DNA of 64,000 nt from an uncultured delta proteobacterium (GTDB taxonomy: Bacteria > Myxococcota > Kuafuiibacteriia > Kuafuiibacteriales > Kuafuiibacteriaceae), in the NCBI GenBank assembly GCA_963803435.1, contig CAWDML010000009.1:1600001-1664000 (forward strand). Reading direction: 5' to 3'. The stretch's first letter is position 1; each line of letters begins with the position of its first letter. Of this stretch, positions 1 through 13,572 are shown piece by piece. The notes under the pieces were generated by a model, which saw nothing but the letters and a program-made list of their open reading frames with translations, searched no databases and was not told the origin of the DNA. A program made the position numbers and the translations under genes.

Positions 1-1
1 C

Positions 2-2494
2 GCGGTCGCGCACCGGCGGGCGCTCGACGGCGAGCGCGCGTCGTACGAGCTCGGGCGGCTCGAGCTGTGCTTGGAGGCGCTCGAGCACCTCGAGGACGAC
101 GCGATCGCGGATCGCATCTCCCAGGACACGCTGACGCTGCGAGCGGTGCTGGAGACGTTCCGCGACGACCCCTCCACCTCGCTGGTCCGCCGGCTGCGCC
201 GTCTCTTTCCCGAGCCGCGGGCGCTGGCGCGTCCGGTGCCGCGGCATCAGACGGTGGAGCACGAGGCGAGCCCGGATCCGTCGCACGCGCTCCCGCTGCT
301 CGATCATCTGGCGGATCGATGTCTGGGGCGCAAGCTGGCCGGGCTCGAGTCGAACCGGCTGGTCGAGTTCCAGAAGGATACGGCCCTCGGTAAGGGGGCG
401 TTCGCGGTGACCGCCGGCGTGCTCGACCGGGTACGGACGGCGGGGCTGCTCCCTCCCATCCGCATCGCGATGGCGTTTCTCGACTTCGCCAAGGGCGGCA
501 CGGAGGAGCAGCGCGATCAGTGGCGTGCAGCCGGCGCCGATCTCTCCATTCACAACCTGGCGGCGCGGCGGATCATCGAGGCGTCCGGCGGTCTGGGGCG
601 CTTTCCGGCGCTCCTGCGTGCGCCCGTGTTGGAGGCGCTGGCGCTGGCGCTGATCGAGACCCACGGGCTCGCCGGACAGGCCGTCCGCGGCGAGACACCG
701 CTGGCGCTGTTTGCGCCGTTCGTCGCCTTTCTCAGGGACAAGTCCGCCGCGCTGGGGGAGCACATCCGCACCGATCCGGAGACCGCAAGACGGCTTGCAG
801 TCGACTGCCTGCATCTGATCGACGTCTGCGACACGGCAGCGGTGCGCGAGGGTCTCCTCGACGATTCGCTCCATCGCGAGCTCGTCGCCGTCGAAGAGGA
901 GGTCCTGGCGGCCGCGGGTGCGCGCACGATCGATCCGATCGCGGCGCTGGTGGAGCGCGAGACGTCGCGCTGGCGCGAGCGGCTCCCGGGTGGCTCGCCG
1001 GAGACCGTGGCCCGGGCGCGCTTGATCGATCGGCTGGCGCGCCTGCGAGGGCGTCGCGACGCGCACCTGGAGGCGGTCGCCGAGGTGATCGATCCCTTGC
1101 CCCGCGAGGTCGTGCTGCGGCTCGCCGATCTCCTCCGGATGTGCCAGCTCTGGTACGTCGGCGCGGCCACCGACGGGCTCTCCAGCCGGACCCAGCTGGT
1201 GCTCCTGGCCCTCGGTTTGACGGCCGCCGAGGGCTCGCCCGCGATCGACACCGGGGCGCCGTTTCACCTCAGCCTGCAACCGCTCCTGGGCCGGCTCGGC
1301 GCCACCGGCGAGCGTTCGGTGGTCTATCGCCGGCGGCTCCTCGAGACCGCGCTGGCGCCGGTGGGCGTGGAAGAGGTCCTCGAGGGGCGTGCCTCCTCGC
1401 TCCTGGCGGGCACGGGCGGCGAGCGTCCCGTCATGATGCTGGTGACCGAGATCGGTCGCGCCTCGGCCATCGCGATCGACTCCGAGGAGAGCGAGGAGGC
1501 CCGCGCGCTGCTCACGCTCCTCCCCATCTACGAGCGGAAGTCGAACGCCGCCTTCCACGGCACACTCAAGACGCTCTGTGACCTCTACGGCCTCCGGAAG
1601 GACGAGTTCGACCGTGTGGCCAACGAGGCGATGTACCTCGAGACGATGAACAGCGCCCGCTCGGACAAGGCGCGCATGCTCGACTTCGTGCGGCCGGGGC
1701 GCATCGTCGAGATCGGTCCGGGAGGCGGCGTGGTCCTCGATCTCTTGGCCGAGCGCTTCCCCACCTCCGAGATCATCGGCGTCGACGCCAGCCGCATGGT
1801 GGTCGAGGCGCTGTCGGCGAGACGGACCAAGGAGCAGCGGCGGTGGAGCATCGAGGAGGCCGACGCGTACCGCCTGGGCGAGATGTTCGAGGAGGGGACG
1901 CTCGACACGGTGGTGCTGTGCAGCCTCCTCCACGAGATCTACAGCTACGTCGAACGGGACGGCCGGCGCTTTCGTCTCGAGTCGGTCCGCGATCTGCTGC
2001 GCGTGGCCTTCCGCGCGCTCGGCCCCGGGGGTCGAATCGTGATCCGCGACGGCGTGATGCCGCCGCCCGCGGAGCGGATCCTCCGCTTCCTCGCCCCCGA
2101 CGCGCGACCGTTCTTCGACCTCTTCGTCGAGCAGTTCGACGGGCGGCCGATCACCTTCGAGCCCATCGACGCGGACCGCGTGCGCCTCTCGGCCGCGGAC
2201 GCCATGGAGTTCCTCTACACCTATACCTGGGGGCCCGAGAGCTTCCCGTACGAGGTCCGGGAGCAATACGGCGTCCTTGCCTACGACGGCTACGTGGAGG
2301 CGATCGCCGGATGGCTCGGAGCCGACGCGCGCATCCTGCCACTCCCGGCCGGGTACCAGAGCTACCTCCAGCCGGGCTACCGCGCCGGCCTCGCGGGCAA
2401 GATCGAGCTCTTCGACACGCGCGGGCTGGCCGTCGAGCTGCCCGACTCCAACTGCTTGATCGTGGTCGAACGGCTCGCGTCTGGTCGCACCTGA
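2..2494 (+). CDS. Large class I SAM-dependent methyltransferase with N-terminal helical, degenerate HD-like region (5' end lies outside the window)
   Basis: The frame is open from base 2 to the stop at 2494. C-terminal SAM motif IVEIGPGGG, acidic GVDAS, SLLHEIYSY and GGRIVIRDG. Confidence 0.8.
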   Translation, partial: AVAHRRALDGERASYELGRLELCLEALEHLEDDAIADRISQDTLTLRAVLETFRDDPSTSLVRRLRRLFPEPRALARPVPRHQTVEHEASPDPSHALPLLDHLADRCLGRKLAGLESNRLVEFQKDTALGKGAFAVTAGVLDRVRTAGLLPPIRIAMAFLDFAKGGTEEQRDQWRAAGADLSIHNLAARRIIEASGGLGRFPALLRAPVLEALALALIETHGLAGQAVRGETPLALFAPFVAFLRDKSAALGEHIRTDPETARRLAVDCLHLIDVCDTAAVREGLLDDSLHRELVAVEEEVLAAAGARTIDPIAALVERETSRWRERLPGGSPETVARARLIDRLARLRGRRDAHLEAVAEVIDPLPREVVLRLADLLRMCQLWYVGAATDGLSSRTQLVLLALGLTAAEGSPAIDTGAPFHLSLQPLLGRLGATGERSVVYRRRLLETALAPVGVEEVLEGRASSLLAGTGGERPVMMLVTEIGRASAIAIDSEESEEARALLTLLPIYERKSNAAFHGTLKTLCDLYGLRKDEFDRVANEAMYLETMNSARSDKARMLDFVRPGRIVEIGPGGGVVLDLLAERFPTSEIIGVDASRMVVEALSARRTKEQRRWSIEEADAYRLGEMFEEGTLDTVVLCSLLHEIYSYVERDGRRFRLESVRDLLRVAFRALGPGGRIVIRDGVMPPPAERILRFLAPDARPFFDLFVEQFDGRPITFEPIDADRVRLSAADAMEFLYTYTWGPESFPYEVREQYGVLAYDGYVEAIAGWLGADARILPLPAGYQSYLQPGYRAGLAGKIELFDTRGLAVELPDSNCLIVVERLASGRT

Positions 2495-2508
2495 ACCTCC
2501 CCACTTCG

Positions 2509-2650
2509 GGAGACACGATCCGATTCGAGTGTCACTACGACAATCGAGAGGACGCGCCGCAGGATGTGGACCGTCGGTCCAAGACGAGATGTGTTTCGTC
2601 TTCGGCGATGTCTCTCCCAAGGTCGGTCTGATTCCTGGCATCCGATTGAG
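2509..2650 (+). pseudogene. Remnant of a copper type II (PHM/DBH-like) monooxygenase C-terminus
   Basis: GDTIRFECHYDN in one frame is followed, after a 1-nt shift, by GPSVQDEMCFVFG. This matches the GD-x4-C-x-YDN...G-x3-DEMC signature. No N-terminal part is present. Confidence 0.55.
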
Positions 2651-2752
2651 GGAATGTGCGCCAGCGTACGTCCTTGGGTGTTGCCTCGCACTTTGCAGCG
2701 CTGACCTTCGGTTTGCGACAGTGAGGAGCGCGCGGTAAGCACCGCATGCGGC

Positions 2753-4177
2753 GTGTTGAAACCGGTCGAAAGCGCACCGATTCACTCGGTGGAAGATCTC
2801 GTCGGCCGGCGTCTCGCCGAGCGATACGTGCTCGAGAACGTCGTGGGCCGCGGCGGCATGAGCGTCGTCTTCCGCGGCCAGGACACCAACCTCCGCAGGC
2901 CGGTGGCAGTGAAGGTTTTCTCCGATGTCTTCGGGGGCAACGCGAAGAAGCTGACGTATCGGCACTTCGTCCAGGAGGCCTTCGCGCTCTCGCGGCTCCA
3001 GCACCCGAATACGCTGCGCATCTACGACTTCGGGATCATCGATCATCCCGACCTCGAGGCGCCCTTTCAGGTCTCTGAGCTCCTCGACGGCGGCACGCTG
3101 CGGGAGTTCATCAAGCGCAAGGGCGCTCAGACGCCGGAGGACGCCCTCTACATCCTCGACGGGATCTGCGGCGCGCTGTCGGAGGCGCACAACCTCAGCA
3201 TCATCCACCGGGATGTCAAACCTACGAACATCTTGTTCGGGCGGGCGGGGACGCAGCGGATCGTGAAGCTCTCCGACTTCTCGGTGGCGCAGAGCGCGTG
3301 TGAGGCCGCGGGTCGCGCGCTCGGCGACGACACGCTCGTCACCCAGGCGTCGTTCTACTCGCTCGGGTGGTCCGCACCGGAGCAGATCCGCGGCGAGCGC
3401 GTCGACGTCACCGCCGACGTCTATGGCCTCGGCCTCGTGCTCGGATATCTCCTCACCGGGGAGCGTCTCCAGCGCCAGCGTGAGGTGACCGACTTCTACC
3501 TGGAGCCCGCCCGGCTCGACACGTCGATCGACGAGGCGCTCGCCGACTCCGAGCTCCACCCGATGTTCGCGGAGGTCGTCCGCACCGCCTGCCGCGCGCG
3601 CCGGGACGATCGCTTTCAGAGCGTGGAGTCCTTCTTCGCCAGCCTCCAGAAGGCCGTTCGGGAGCAAAGGGAGGAGCCCTCGCCCTGGATGGAGGCTTCA
3701 CCGGTCCCCCGCACGGTGGCTGAGAGCGCCGCCAAGAAGACGCTCCTGGTCCTCGACGACATCAGCAAGTCCAACGTGGTGCTCGCCGGCCGCCGATTCC
3801 GCCTGTTCCAGATGACGGGCGCGCTCGACCACGCCATCGAGGAGCGCTTCTCCAAGGTGGTCCGGCTCCGGCTCACCTTTCTGCCCAGCGAAGGGGCGAC
3901 CCGCCTCCACCTGCGTGGGCTCAACTGCTTCGTGCGCAAGCCCGGCGGCGCCATGACCGCCGGGCTCGAGTTCTCCGCCGACGGGAGCGTCGAGCTGGTC
4001 TCGACCGATCGCGCCAGCATCGCATGCGCCCAGGTGCGCGTAGCGGAGCGCGGAGAGACGCACTGGATGCTCGCGCTCGGTGACCATCGCGTCGCCATTC
4101 CCATCGAGCGCGCCAGCGCCGTCGCATGTCTGGAGATCGTCCCCGGCGGCGAGGCGCACCTTTTCTTCCGTCCCTGA
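2753..4177 (+). CDS. Cytoplasmic Ser/Thr protein kinase with unknown beta-rich C-terminal domain
   Basis: GRGGMS, VAVK, HRDVKPTN, DFS in place of DFG, SAPE, DVYGLG. No obvious transmembrane segment. Confidence 0.9.
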   Translation: MLKPVESAPIHSVEDLVGRRLAERYVLENVVGRGGMSVVFRGQDTNLRRPVAVKVFSDVFGGNAKKLTYRHFVQEAFALSRLQHPNTLRIYDFGIIDHPDLEAPFQVSELLDGGTLREFIKRKGAQTPEDALYILDGICGALSEAHNLSIIHRDVKPTNILFGRAGTQRIVKLSDFSVAQSACEAAGRALGDDTLVTQASFYSLGWSAPEQIRGERVDVTADVYGLGLVLGYLLTGERLQRQREVTDFYLEPARLDTSIDEALADSELHPMFAEVVRTACRARRDDRFQSVESFFASLQKAVREQREEPSPWMEASPVPRTVAESAAKKTLLVLDDISKSNVVLAGRRFRLFQMTGALDHAIEERFSKVVRLRLTFLPSEGATRLHLRGLNCFVRKPGGAMTAGLEFSADGSVELVSTDRASIACAQVRVAERGETHWMLALGDHRVAIPIERASAVACLEIVPGGEAHLFFRP

Positions 4178-4190
4178 GAGGAGATGTCTG

Positions 4191-5771
4191 ATGCCCGGTC
4201 CGAACAACTTCACACCGCGCGCCGAGACGACCCGCATCACGCCTACGTCGTCGGTCCGTCCGTCCGCTCACATCTCGCGCTCGCGCGCCTACTCGTTCGT
4301 GCTCGACGAGCGCGGTGAGCCCATCGAGCTCGGCTCGGGCCGCTTCGCCAAGGCGTACCTCGGCGAGGAGGGCTGGCTCGAGTCGAAGACCGCGTTCCGC
4401 CGGCGACGTCGCGATCAAGATCCTGCAGAAGGGCGTCACCCACGAGGACGCGCTGCGCTTCCAGATGGAGAAGGAGCTCCTCGAGCGCGTCCAGGGCCAC
4501 CCCAACATCATCACGCTGTTCGCCTCCGGGCGAGGGCGACAACCCCGAGTTCATCCCGCCGCGCGATGCGCGACAAGGTCGAGAACGACTTCATGATCCT
4601 CGAGCTGTGCGACATGTCGCTCGAGGAGCGGCTCAAGGGCTCGCGCAGGTCCGCACGCCCGCGACGATCTGCTCTGCGCTGCCCGCATGCGCGAGCGGCA
4701 TCTTCCGCGTGCTCGACTACATGCATCCCGGTGGCGACGGCGGTCGAGTACGCCCACCTCGTCCGCAACATCTGCCACCGCGACATCAAGCCGGCGAACG
4801 TGCTGCTGAAGCTGCCCGATCGGAACCTCTGCGGGCTCGACGCTCGACGTGCGCCTCGCCGACTTCAACGTCGGCAAGGTCCGCGACGACGACGGTCGAT
4901 CTGTCGCTGACGCGGCTCCAGAGCGTGCCCGGCACGCTCTTCTTCCAGACGCCCGAGCAGGAGACCAACACGTTCGAGCTGCTCGTCAACGTGCAGCGCG
5001 GCTCGCACGAGGTCGAGTACTTCGAGGACTTCTACATCGACATCTGCCAGAACGACACGTTCCAGCTGTTCAACCGCCCCGAGCGCTACCCGATCGCCGG
5101 CGCCGATCGCGCCAAGAAGAAGCTGCTCCTCGAGAAGCCCTTCGAGGAGGCCAGCCGAGAGCAACGTGCGCGGCAAGGTCATCAAGAGCGTCGATCGCCC
5201 GGCCGACATCTACTCGCTCGGCGCGCATGTTCTACTACCTGATCTCCGGCGCCTACGCGAACCCCAAGACGCTCTACGACGCGTTCCGCAAGTTCATCGA
5301 GTACGACGCGCGACGACGAGCAGAACACCATCGACGCGTACATCGAGCACGAGTACTCGGTGATCCAGAGTCATGCGCGCGCCCAAGGTCGAGGAAGGCG
5401 GCACCAAGGAGGTCGCGCCGGCGGACCGCTTCTTCACCTACAAGCACTACCTCGACGGCAACGGCGAGCTGATCGACAAGGAGATCATGAAGATCATCGC
5501 CCAGGCGATGATCCGCAACAAGCCGGACAGCTACTGCCAGGCGTGGGACGTCGACACCACCGGCATCAGCGAGCTCGTAGCCGCGCTCCGCTTCATGTAC
5601 GACTACTACGGCGTCAACCCGGCGGCCCGGCACCAGTACTTCAGCCGGTTCGCGCCTCGCCGCACGCCCCGCGAGAACAGCCTCTCCAAGGCGTTCAGCA
5701 AGCTCTTCGGAAGCTCCTCCCGCAACGGTAAGCCGAGCGGCAAGAAGCCGCCGCCTCGCAACCGCTCCTAG
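4191..5771 (+). CDS. Ser/Thr protein kinase with internal insertion; multiple frameshifts, probably sequencing errors
   Basis: GAGGAG ribosome-binding site before ATG 4191. Motifs appear in order across frames: GSGRFAKAY, VAIK, HPNII, HRDIKPANVL, LADFNVGK, GTLFFQTPEQ, ADIYSLG. Stop at 5771. Confidence 0.85.
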
Positions 5772-8166
5772 AACGAGTTGCCGATCGAGAACTCGAAGAG
5801 GGGGCCCTTGTCGTCGCTGGGGCGGCGGGTCAGCGGGATGCCCCACTCGAAGCGGAGCGGGCCGATCGGTGAGAACCAGCGGAACCCAAAGCCCACGGAC
5901 CAGAAGAGGCCGAGGGGCAGTGACTTCAGATCGAAGCGGTTCGGATCGTCGACGTCGCGCTGCTGCTCGCGGACCTTGCCGCCGAGATAAAAGAAGTTCT
6001 CCTCCTCGGCGAACACGTTGCCCGCGTCGAGGAAGACCACGCCCTTGATGCCGACCGCTTCGAAGATTGGGAACTCGATCTCGAGGTTCGCCAGGAACTC
6101 CTTGTTGCCGCCCTCGATGAACACGAAGGTGTCGGAGTACGGATCGTAGCTCTTGCTGCCGCGATCGTTCCGGGTGACGCGGCGCTCTGGCCCGATGCTG
6201 AACGGCAGGTAGCCGCGGACCGTGTTGATGCCGCCCATGATGAACTTCTCGGAGGGCGACAGCGGCTGGTCGGAGGTGGAGAGCAGATAGCCGGCCCGCA
6301 GCGAGAGCTTCCCGACGAAGCCCCAGGATCGATCGGGTAGTAGAACCGGGTCACCGCACGGTAGCGCTGGAAGGTCCGCGTGTCCGAGGCGCCCAGCCAG
6401 CTGGTGGAGAACTCCGCCGACAGCGTGTGGAACATCCCCTTGCTGGGGAACAGCCGGTTGTCGCGCGTGTCGTAGCTGAACGTGCCGCGCAGGGACGAGA
6501 TCCGGCCCGAGTTGTTGAGCGGCTGGAACGCCGGCTGGCCGGACGCGCCCTCGTCGGTACCGCTCCGTACGAACTCGAGGTTGTAGGTGAGGAAGACGTC
6601 GATGCTGTCGGTGATCGGGTGGCCGAACGTCAGGCTGCCGCCGCTCGAGGAGCGAATGAAGGAGCGGAACTGGGTCTCGGTGTTGAACGCGTTGAACGAG
6701 AAGCGCCAGTCGGTGTCGAAGAAGTACGGCTCGGAGAAGGACAGCTGGAAGAGCTGCCGGAGCCGGGAGATCTGCGCGGAGATGGCCACCGACTGACCCC
6801 GCCCGAGGAAGTTGTCCTGCTGGATCTGGGCGGTGGCGATGAAGCTCTCCGCGCTGGAGAAGCCGGCGCCGATCTGGAACGTGCCGGTAGCCTTCTCCCT
6901 GATCTCGATGTCCACGATCTGCTGGTTGTCGTTGGTGCCCCGGCGCGTCTTGACGTCGACCTTCTCGAAGTAGCCGAGCGCCAGCACGCGCCGGCGCGAG
7001 ATCTCCCGCTTGCTCGCCGACGTGAGCTCACCCTCGTAGATCCGGAGCTCTCGGCGGATCACCTTGTCGCGGGTCTTCGTGTTCCCGACGATGTTGATCC
7101 GCTCGTAGAAGACCTTCTGGCCCTTCTGCACGTCGAACGTGATGTCGATGAGTTTCTGATCGGCGTGCACCGACGTCACCGGGGTGATGTTGGCGTACGC
7201 GTAGCCCTCGTCCTCGTAGCGTGTCTTCAGCCCGAGGAGGTCCTGGCCCAGCGTCGATCGGTTGAAGACCTCCCCCGTCTCGAGGTGCGTGAGGTCCTCG
7301 AGCTTCGCCTTGTCGTCGATGAGGTCCCCGGAGAAGTCGACCTGCCCCACCGAGAACTGATCGCCCTCCTCGATCCGGATCGTGATGTAGATGTACTTGC
7401 GATCCGGCGAGATCTCGATGTCCGGGGTGTCGATCTTCACGTTGATGTAGCCCTGATCGAAGTAGGCGCTGCTGAGGCGCAGCAGATCGACCTGGAATGC
7501 GTCCTTGCGGTAGGTCCCGGCGCCGGTCAGGAACGAGATCAGGTTCCCCTCCTGCGTCTGGAGGCCCGACTTCAGGTAGTCGGACTCGATGTGCCGATTG
7601 CCGACGAACCGGATCCGCCGCACCTCGACCTTGGCGTTCTCGACGATCTCGAAGACCACCGTGACCTGGTTGTTGCCCGACGGCTCGACCTTCGACTCGA
7701 CCTCGGCCAGATAGAAGCCCTTCTCGTTGTAGAGATCTTTGATCTTCTCGAGGTTCTTCTTGATCTTGGCGTCGTTCAGGATCGTGAACGGACGGATGTC
7801 CACCACCTCTTTGACGTCGTCGTCGGAGATCTCGTCGTTGCCCCGGATCTCCACCGCCCGCACCGCCGGCTTCTCGGTGACGACGAAGATCAGCTTCACG
7901 CCCCCCGTCGGAGTGTCTTCCTTGTAGGCCTTGACGTCCTCGAAGTAGCCCATCGCGTAGATGGCCCGGATGTCCTCGGAGACGTTCTTGGCCGCGTACG
8001 GCTTGCCCTGTTTGCTGCTGAGGACCAGCTTGACCGCCGGGGGCTCCACCCGGCCCAGGCCTTCGAACTCGATGGATTCGACGATCGGCCCCTCTTCCTG
8101 CGCGAGGGCGTTCGCGCCCGACAGCAGGATCACCAGGGCCGCGGCCCATGTGGGGCGGGCTCTCAC
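5768..8166 (-). CDS. bamA: Outer membrane protein assembly factor BamA (one frameshift near 6330)
   Basis: Signal peptide, POTRA repeats (GNTKTRDKVIRRE), VRGY motif, WFSPIGPLRFEWG and terminal FSIGNSF. Confidence 0.95.
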
Positions 8167-8174
8167 GCCGGCCG

Positions 8175-8183
8175 CGTATAGCA
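8175..8183 (-). promoter_or_regulatory. Putative extended -10 element (TGcTATACG) 8 nt upstream of the bamA GTG
   Basis: Sequence motif only; no Shine-Dalgarno between the box and the start codon. Confidence 0.35.
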
Positions 8184-8250
8184 GGAAGGTGCGCGGAGAA
8201 ACACGAGAAATCCGATGTGAGCGCCATTCTTCGGCGGGCGCCGGCGGAGG

Positions 8251-10833
<2,583 letters not shown>

Positions 10834-10898
10834 CGCTCCGATGAGTAGATACGGGCCCGAATGGGACAAGCGCCGGCGCCAATATTTCGTGACGGAGC

Positions 10899-10907
10899 TG
10901 ATATACA
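10899..10907 (+). promoter_or_regulatory. Putative extended -10 element (TGaTATACA) 6 nt upstream of the rarA ATG
   Basis: Sequence motif and spacing only. Confidence 0.4.
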
Positions 10908-10913
10908 GAGGCC

Positions 10914-12248
10914 ATGCGGGATCTCTTCGAGGCGGCCGCGGACAAACCGAGCGATCGCGATCCGCTCGCCGATCGCATGCGCCCGGCGACGCTGGGCGAG
11001 GTCGTGGGACAGGACCAGATCCTGGGGGAGAAACGCCTGCTCCGCAGCTTGATCGAGGGCGATCGAGTCCCCTCGCTGATCCTCTGGGGCCCCCCCGGGA
11101 CCGGCAAGACCACCATCGCCCGGCTGATCGCGAAGAAGACGCACGCCCGCTTCGAGTCGCTCTCCGCCGTGCTCTCGGGCGTCGCCGATCTCCGCAAGGT
11201 GCTCGCCGAGGCGAAGCGCGCCCGGGGCGAGCGGGGCGAGCGGACCATCCTCTTCGTCGACGAGATCCACCGCTGGTCCAAGTCGCAGCAGGACGCGCTC
11301 CTCGAGGCCGTCGAGCGCGGGATCGTCACGCTGATCGGCGCCACCACCGAGAACCCCTCCTTCGAGCTCAACGCGGCGCTGCTCTCGCGCACGCGCGTCT
11401 TCGTGCTGGAGCCGATCGGTGAGGAGGACCTGATCGCCCTGCTCCAGCGCGCGCTCGCCGATCGAGAGCGCGGCCTCGGCCGGGAGTCGTTGGAGGTCGA
11501 ACCGGACGCCCTCGCCGTGATCGCGCGCGGCGCCTGGGGCGACGCCCGCCGCGCCCTCTCGGTCCTGGAGATCGCCGCGCGCGACGCTCTGCTCGCCGCC
11601 GAGGCGCGACCGGCGCCGCTCACCGGCGCGCTGGCGGAGGAGGCGCTGCAGCACCGGACCCTGCTCTACGACAAGGCCGGCGACGAGCACTACGGCGTGA
11701 TCTCCGCCTTCATCAAGTCGATGCGCGGCTCCGACCCGGACGCGGCCGCCTACTATCTGGTGCGCATGCTGGAGAGCGGAGAGGATCCGCGCTTCCTCCT
11801 CCGCCGCATGGTGATCTTCGCGTCCGAGGACGTCGGCAACGCGGACCCCACGGCGCTGGCGGTGGCGGTGAACGCGCTCCAGGCGTTCGAGCTGGTCGGC
11901 CTGCCCGAGGGCGTGCTGCCGATGACCCAATGTGCAACCTACCTTGCGTCGGCCCCCAAATCGAACACGGCCCTCACCACCTACAGCGCGGCGCGCAAGG
12001 CGGTGACCGAGCACGGCCCGCTGGCGGTCCCGGCGAAGCTGCTCAACGCGGTGACCGGGCTGCAGAAGCAACTCGGCCAGGGGAAGGCGTACAAGTACCC
12101 GCACGACCTAGGCGGGATCGCGCCCGGCGAGACGTATCTGCCCGACGCGCTGGTCGGCCGGCGCTTCTATCAGCCCGCCGGGGTCGGCGCGGAGGCCGCG
12201 ATCAAGGCGCGCCTCGACGCCTGGCGCGCGCTGATCAAGTCGACTTGA
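10914..12248 (+). CDS. rarA: Replication-associated recombination protein A (RarA/MgsA AAA+ ATPase)
   Basis: [56 protein letters not shown]. Confidence 0.97.
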   Translation: MRDLFEAAADKPSDRDPLADRMRPATLGEVVGQDQILGEKRLLRSLIEGDRVPSLILWGPPGTGKTTIARLIAKKTHARFESLSAVLSGVADLRKVLAEAKRARGERGERTILFVDEIHRWSKSQQDALLEAVERGIVTLIGATTENPSFELNAALLSRTRVFVLEPIGEEDLIALLQRALADRERGLGRESLEVEPDALAVIARGAWGDARRALSVLEIAARDALLAAEARPAPLTGALAEEALQHRTLLYDKAGDEHYGVISAFIKSMRGSDPDAAAYYLVRMLESGEDPRFLLRRMVIFASEDVGNADPTALAVAVNALQAFELVGLPEGVLPMTQCATYLASAPKSNTALTTYSAARKAVTEHGPLAVPAKLLNAVTGLQKQLGQGKAYKYPHDLGGIAPGETYLPDALVGRRFYQPAGVGAEAAIKARLDAWRALIKST

Positions 12249-13569
12249 TCACCTTCTGCGTGATCAGCTCCGCGAGGATGCGGACGGTGTCCAGCCGATC
12301 CATCCCGGACAGCGCGATCAGGTCCTCGTAGGTCACCGAGCCGTCGATCTGACTGAGGATGAAGCCGGCGCGGTGATTCAGGTTCAACCAGATCACTTCC
12401 TCACTCGAGAGCCTCACCTTGGGCACGCCGTCGGTCGGTCCGATCTTCGACTCGTACATCTTGAGCAGATTCATCCGGCAGGAGGCACGCAGCTTGTTCG
12501 CCTCGTCGGAGCGCTGGTGGGCGGGGATCTGCTCCACCAGCTCGATGACCCCCTGGAAGTCGTGAAGGCTCATCCGGTCCTTCGCGTCGGAGAGGATCTG
12601 CTCGGGCGTCCGACGCTTCTCCTTCTTCGGGGAGGCGGACGGCGCCATCTCGACCGCGTCCTCGAAGACGATCTCGCCGCTCGGCGACTCCTTCCAGGCG
12701 GGATCATCCATGTCGAGCGCGTATGAGCCGCTATCCTGCGGGAGGTCGAGCGTGGGCGCGCGTCGGATCATCAGATCGCCGGTGGAGCGCATGTACTCCA
12801 CCAGCGCGCCGTCGTCCTGGACCCGGCCGAAGAAGCGCTCCTTGTCGATGTCCGGGAGCGGGGTCGGCTCGGCGACTGCGTCGAACTCCTCGTAGCGATC
12901 GTCGAGGGTCACCACCGAGGTCCGCGACGGTCCTTCGTCCCACGGAGTCCGATCGCCTCCGGTGGTCGAGATCATGGCGGGATCCGACGCAGCCGCGAAG
13001 TCGAGGGGGTCGGACGTCATCTGAGGAATGTCGGGCGCGATCAGCTCGTCCGGTTCGTCCGGTGGCGGCGGCCACACGCTGCGTCCGGGCAGCGGTGCCT
13101 CCGTGGCCCAGGCATCATCATCGAACGTGGGCGCCGCCAGGAACGTCGAAGGTGCGGGCACGCCCGCGGGCTTCTGCATCGCCTCGGCCCACTCGCGGTT
13201 GTCGAGATCCAGGGACCCGAGATCGCGATTGAGATCCTCCGGGCTCGGTCGCTCGTAGAGCGGGTCCACCGCGGGCGCCGGCGGCACGGGCTTGTCGATC
13301 CGGACGTCCTGGGGCGGCGGCGGATCCGGCTCCAGCACCAGCGCGAAGTCCTCGCCGGGGCCGCGCAACCCCGGGATTGGCGTGCGCCGCTCGATCGCCT
13401 GGAGGAGCCGGAGGCACTCCTTGATCTTGGGGTGATCGGGCTCGAGGAGCATCGCGCGATCCCACCAGGCCCGCGCGGCCTCGAGGTCCCGCCGGCCGAA
13501 CCAGTACAATCCAGCGCGAATGCAATCGTCCGCGTTCGGATCGTTTCCGCCGTAGGACTCGTCGCTCAA
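12235..13569 (-). CDS. Hypothetical protein: N-terminal TPR-like helix pair, long Pro/acidic linker, C-terminal winged-helix-like domain
   Basis: Starts 3 nt after the dnaK stop. C-terminal GFILSQIDG...LIALSGMDRLDTVRILAEL. Confidence 0.8.
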   Translation of the reverse strand: MSDESYGGNDPNADDCIRAGLYWFGRRDLEAARAWWDRAMLLEPDHPKIKECLRLLQAIERRTPIPGLRGPGEDFALVLEPDPPPPQDVRIDKPVPPAPAVDPLYERPSPEDLNRDLGSLDLDNREWAEAMQKPAGVPAPSTFLAAPTFDDDAWATEAPLPGRSVWPPPPDEPDELIAPDIPQMTSDPLDFAAASDPAMISTTGGDRTPWDEGPSRTSVVTLDDRYEEFDAVAEPTPLPDIDKERFFGRVQDDGALVEYMRSTGDLMIRRAPTLDLPQDSGSYALDMDDPAWKESPSGEIVFEDAVEMAPSASPKKEKRRTPEQILSDAKDRMSLHDFQGVIELVEQIPAHQRSDEANKLRASCRMNLLKMYESKIGPTDGVPKVRLSSEEVIWLNLNHRAGFILSQIDGSVTYEDLIALSGMDRLDTVRILAELITQKVIKST

Positions 13570-13572
13570 ACC

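Noticed and set aside
4964-5198. Kinase insertion as an intein
   Set aside because: No N-terminal Cys/Ser block, no terminal His-Asn, and too short.
10834-10875. Heat-shock (RpoH/CIRCE) element upstream of clpB
   Set aside because: CTTG...CGTATCT is present on the minus strand but the spacing does not fit well, and there is no CIRCE inverted repeat.
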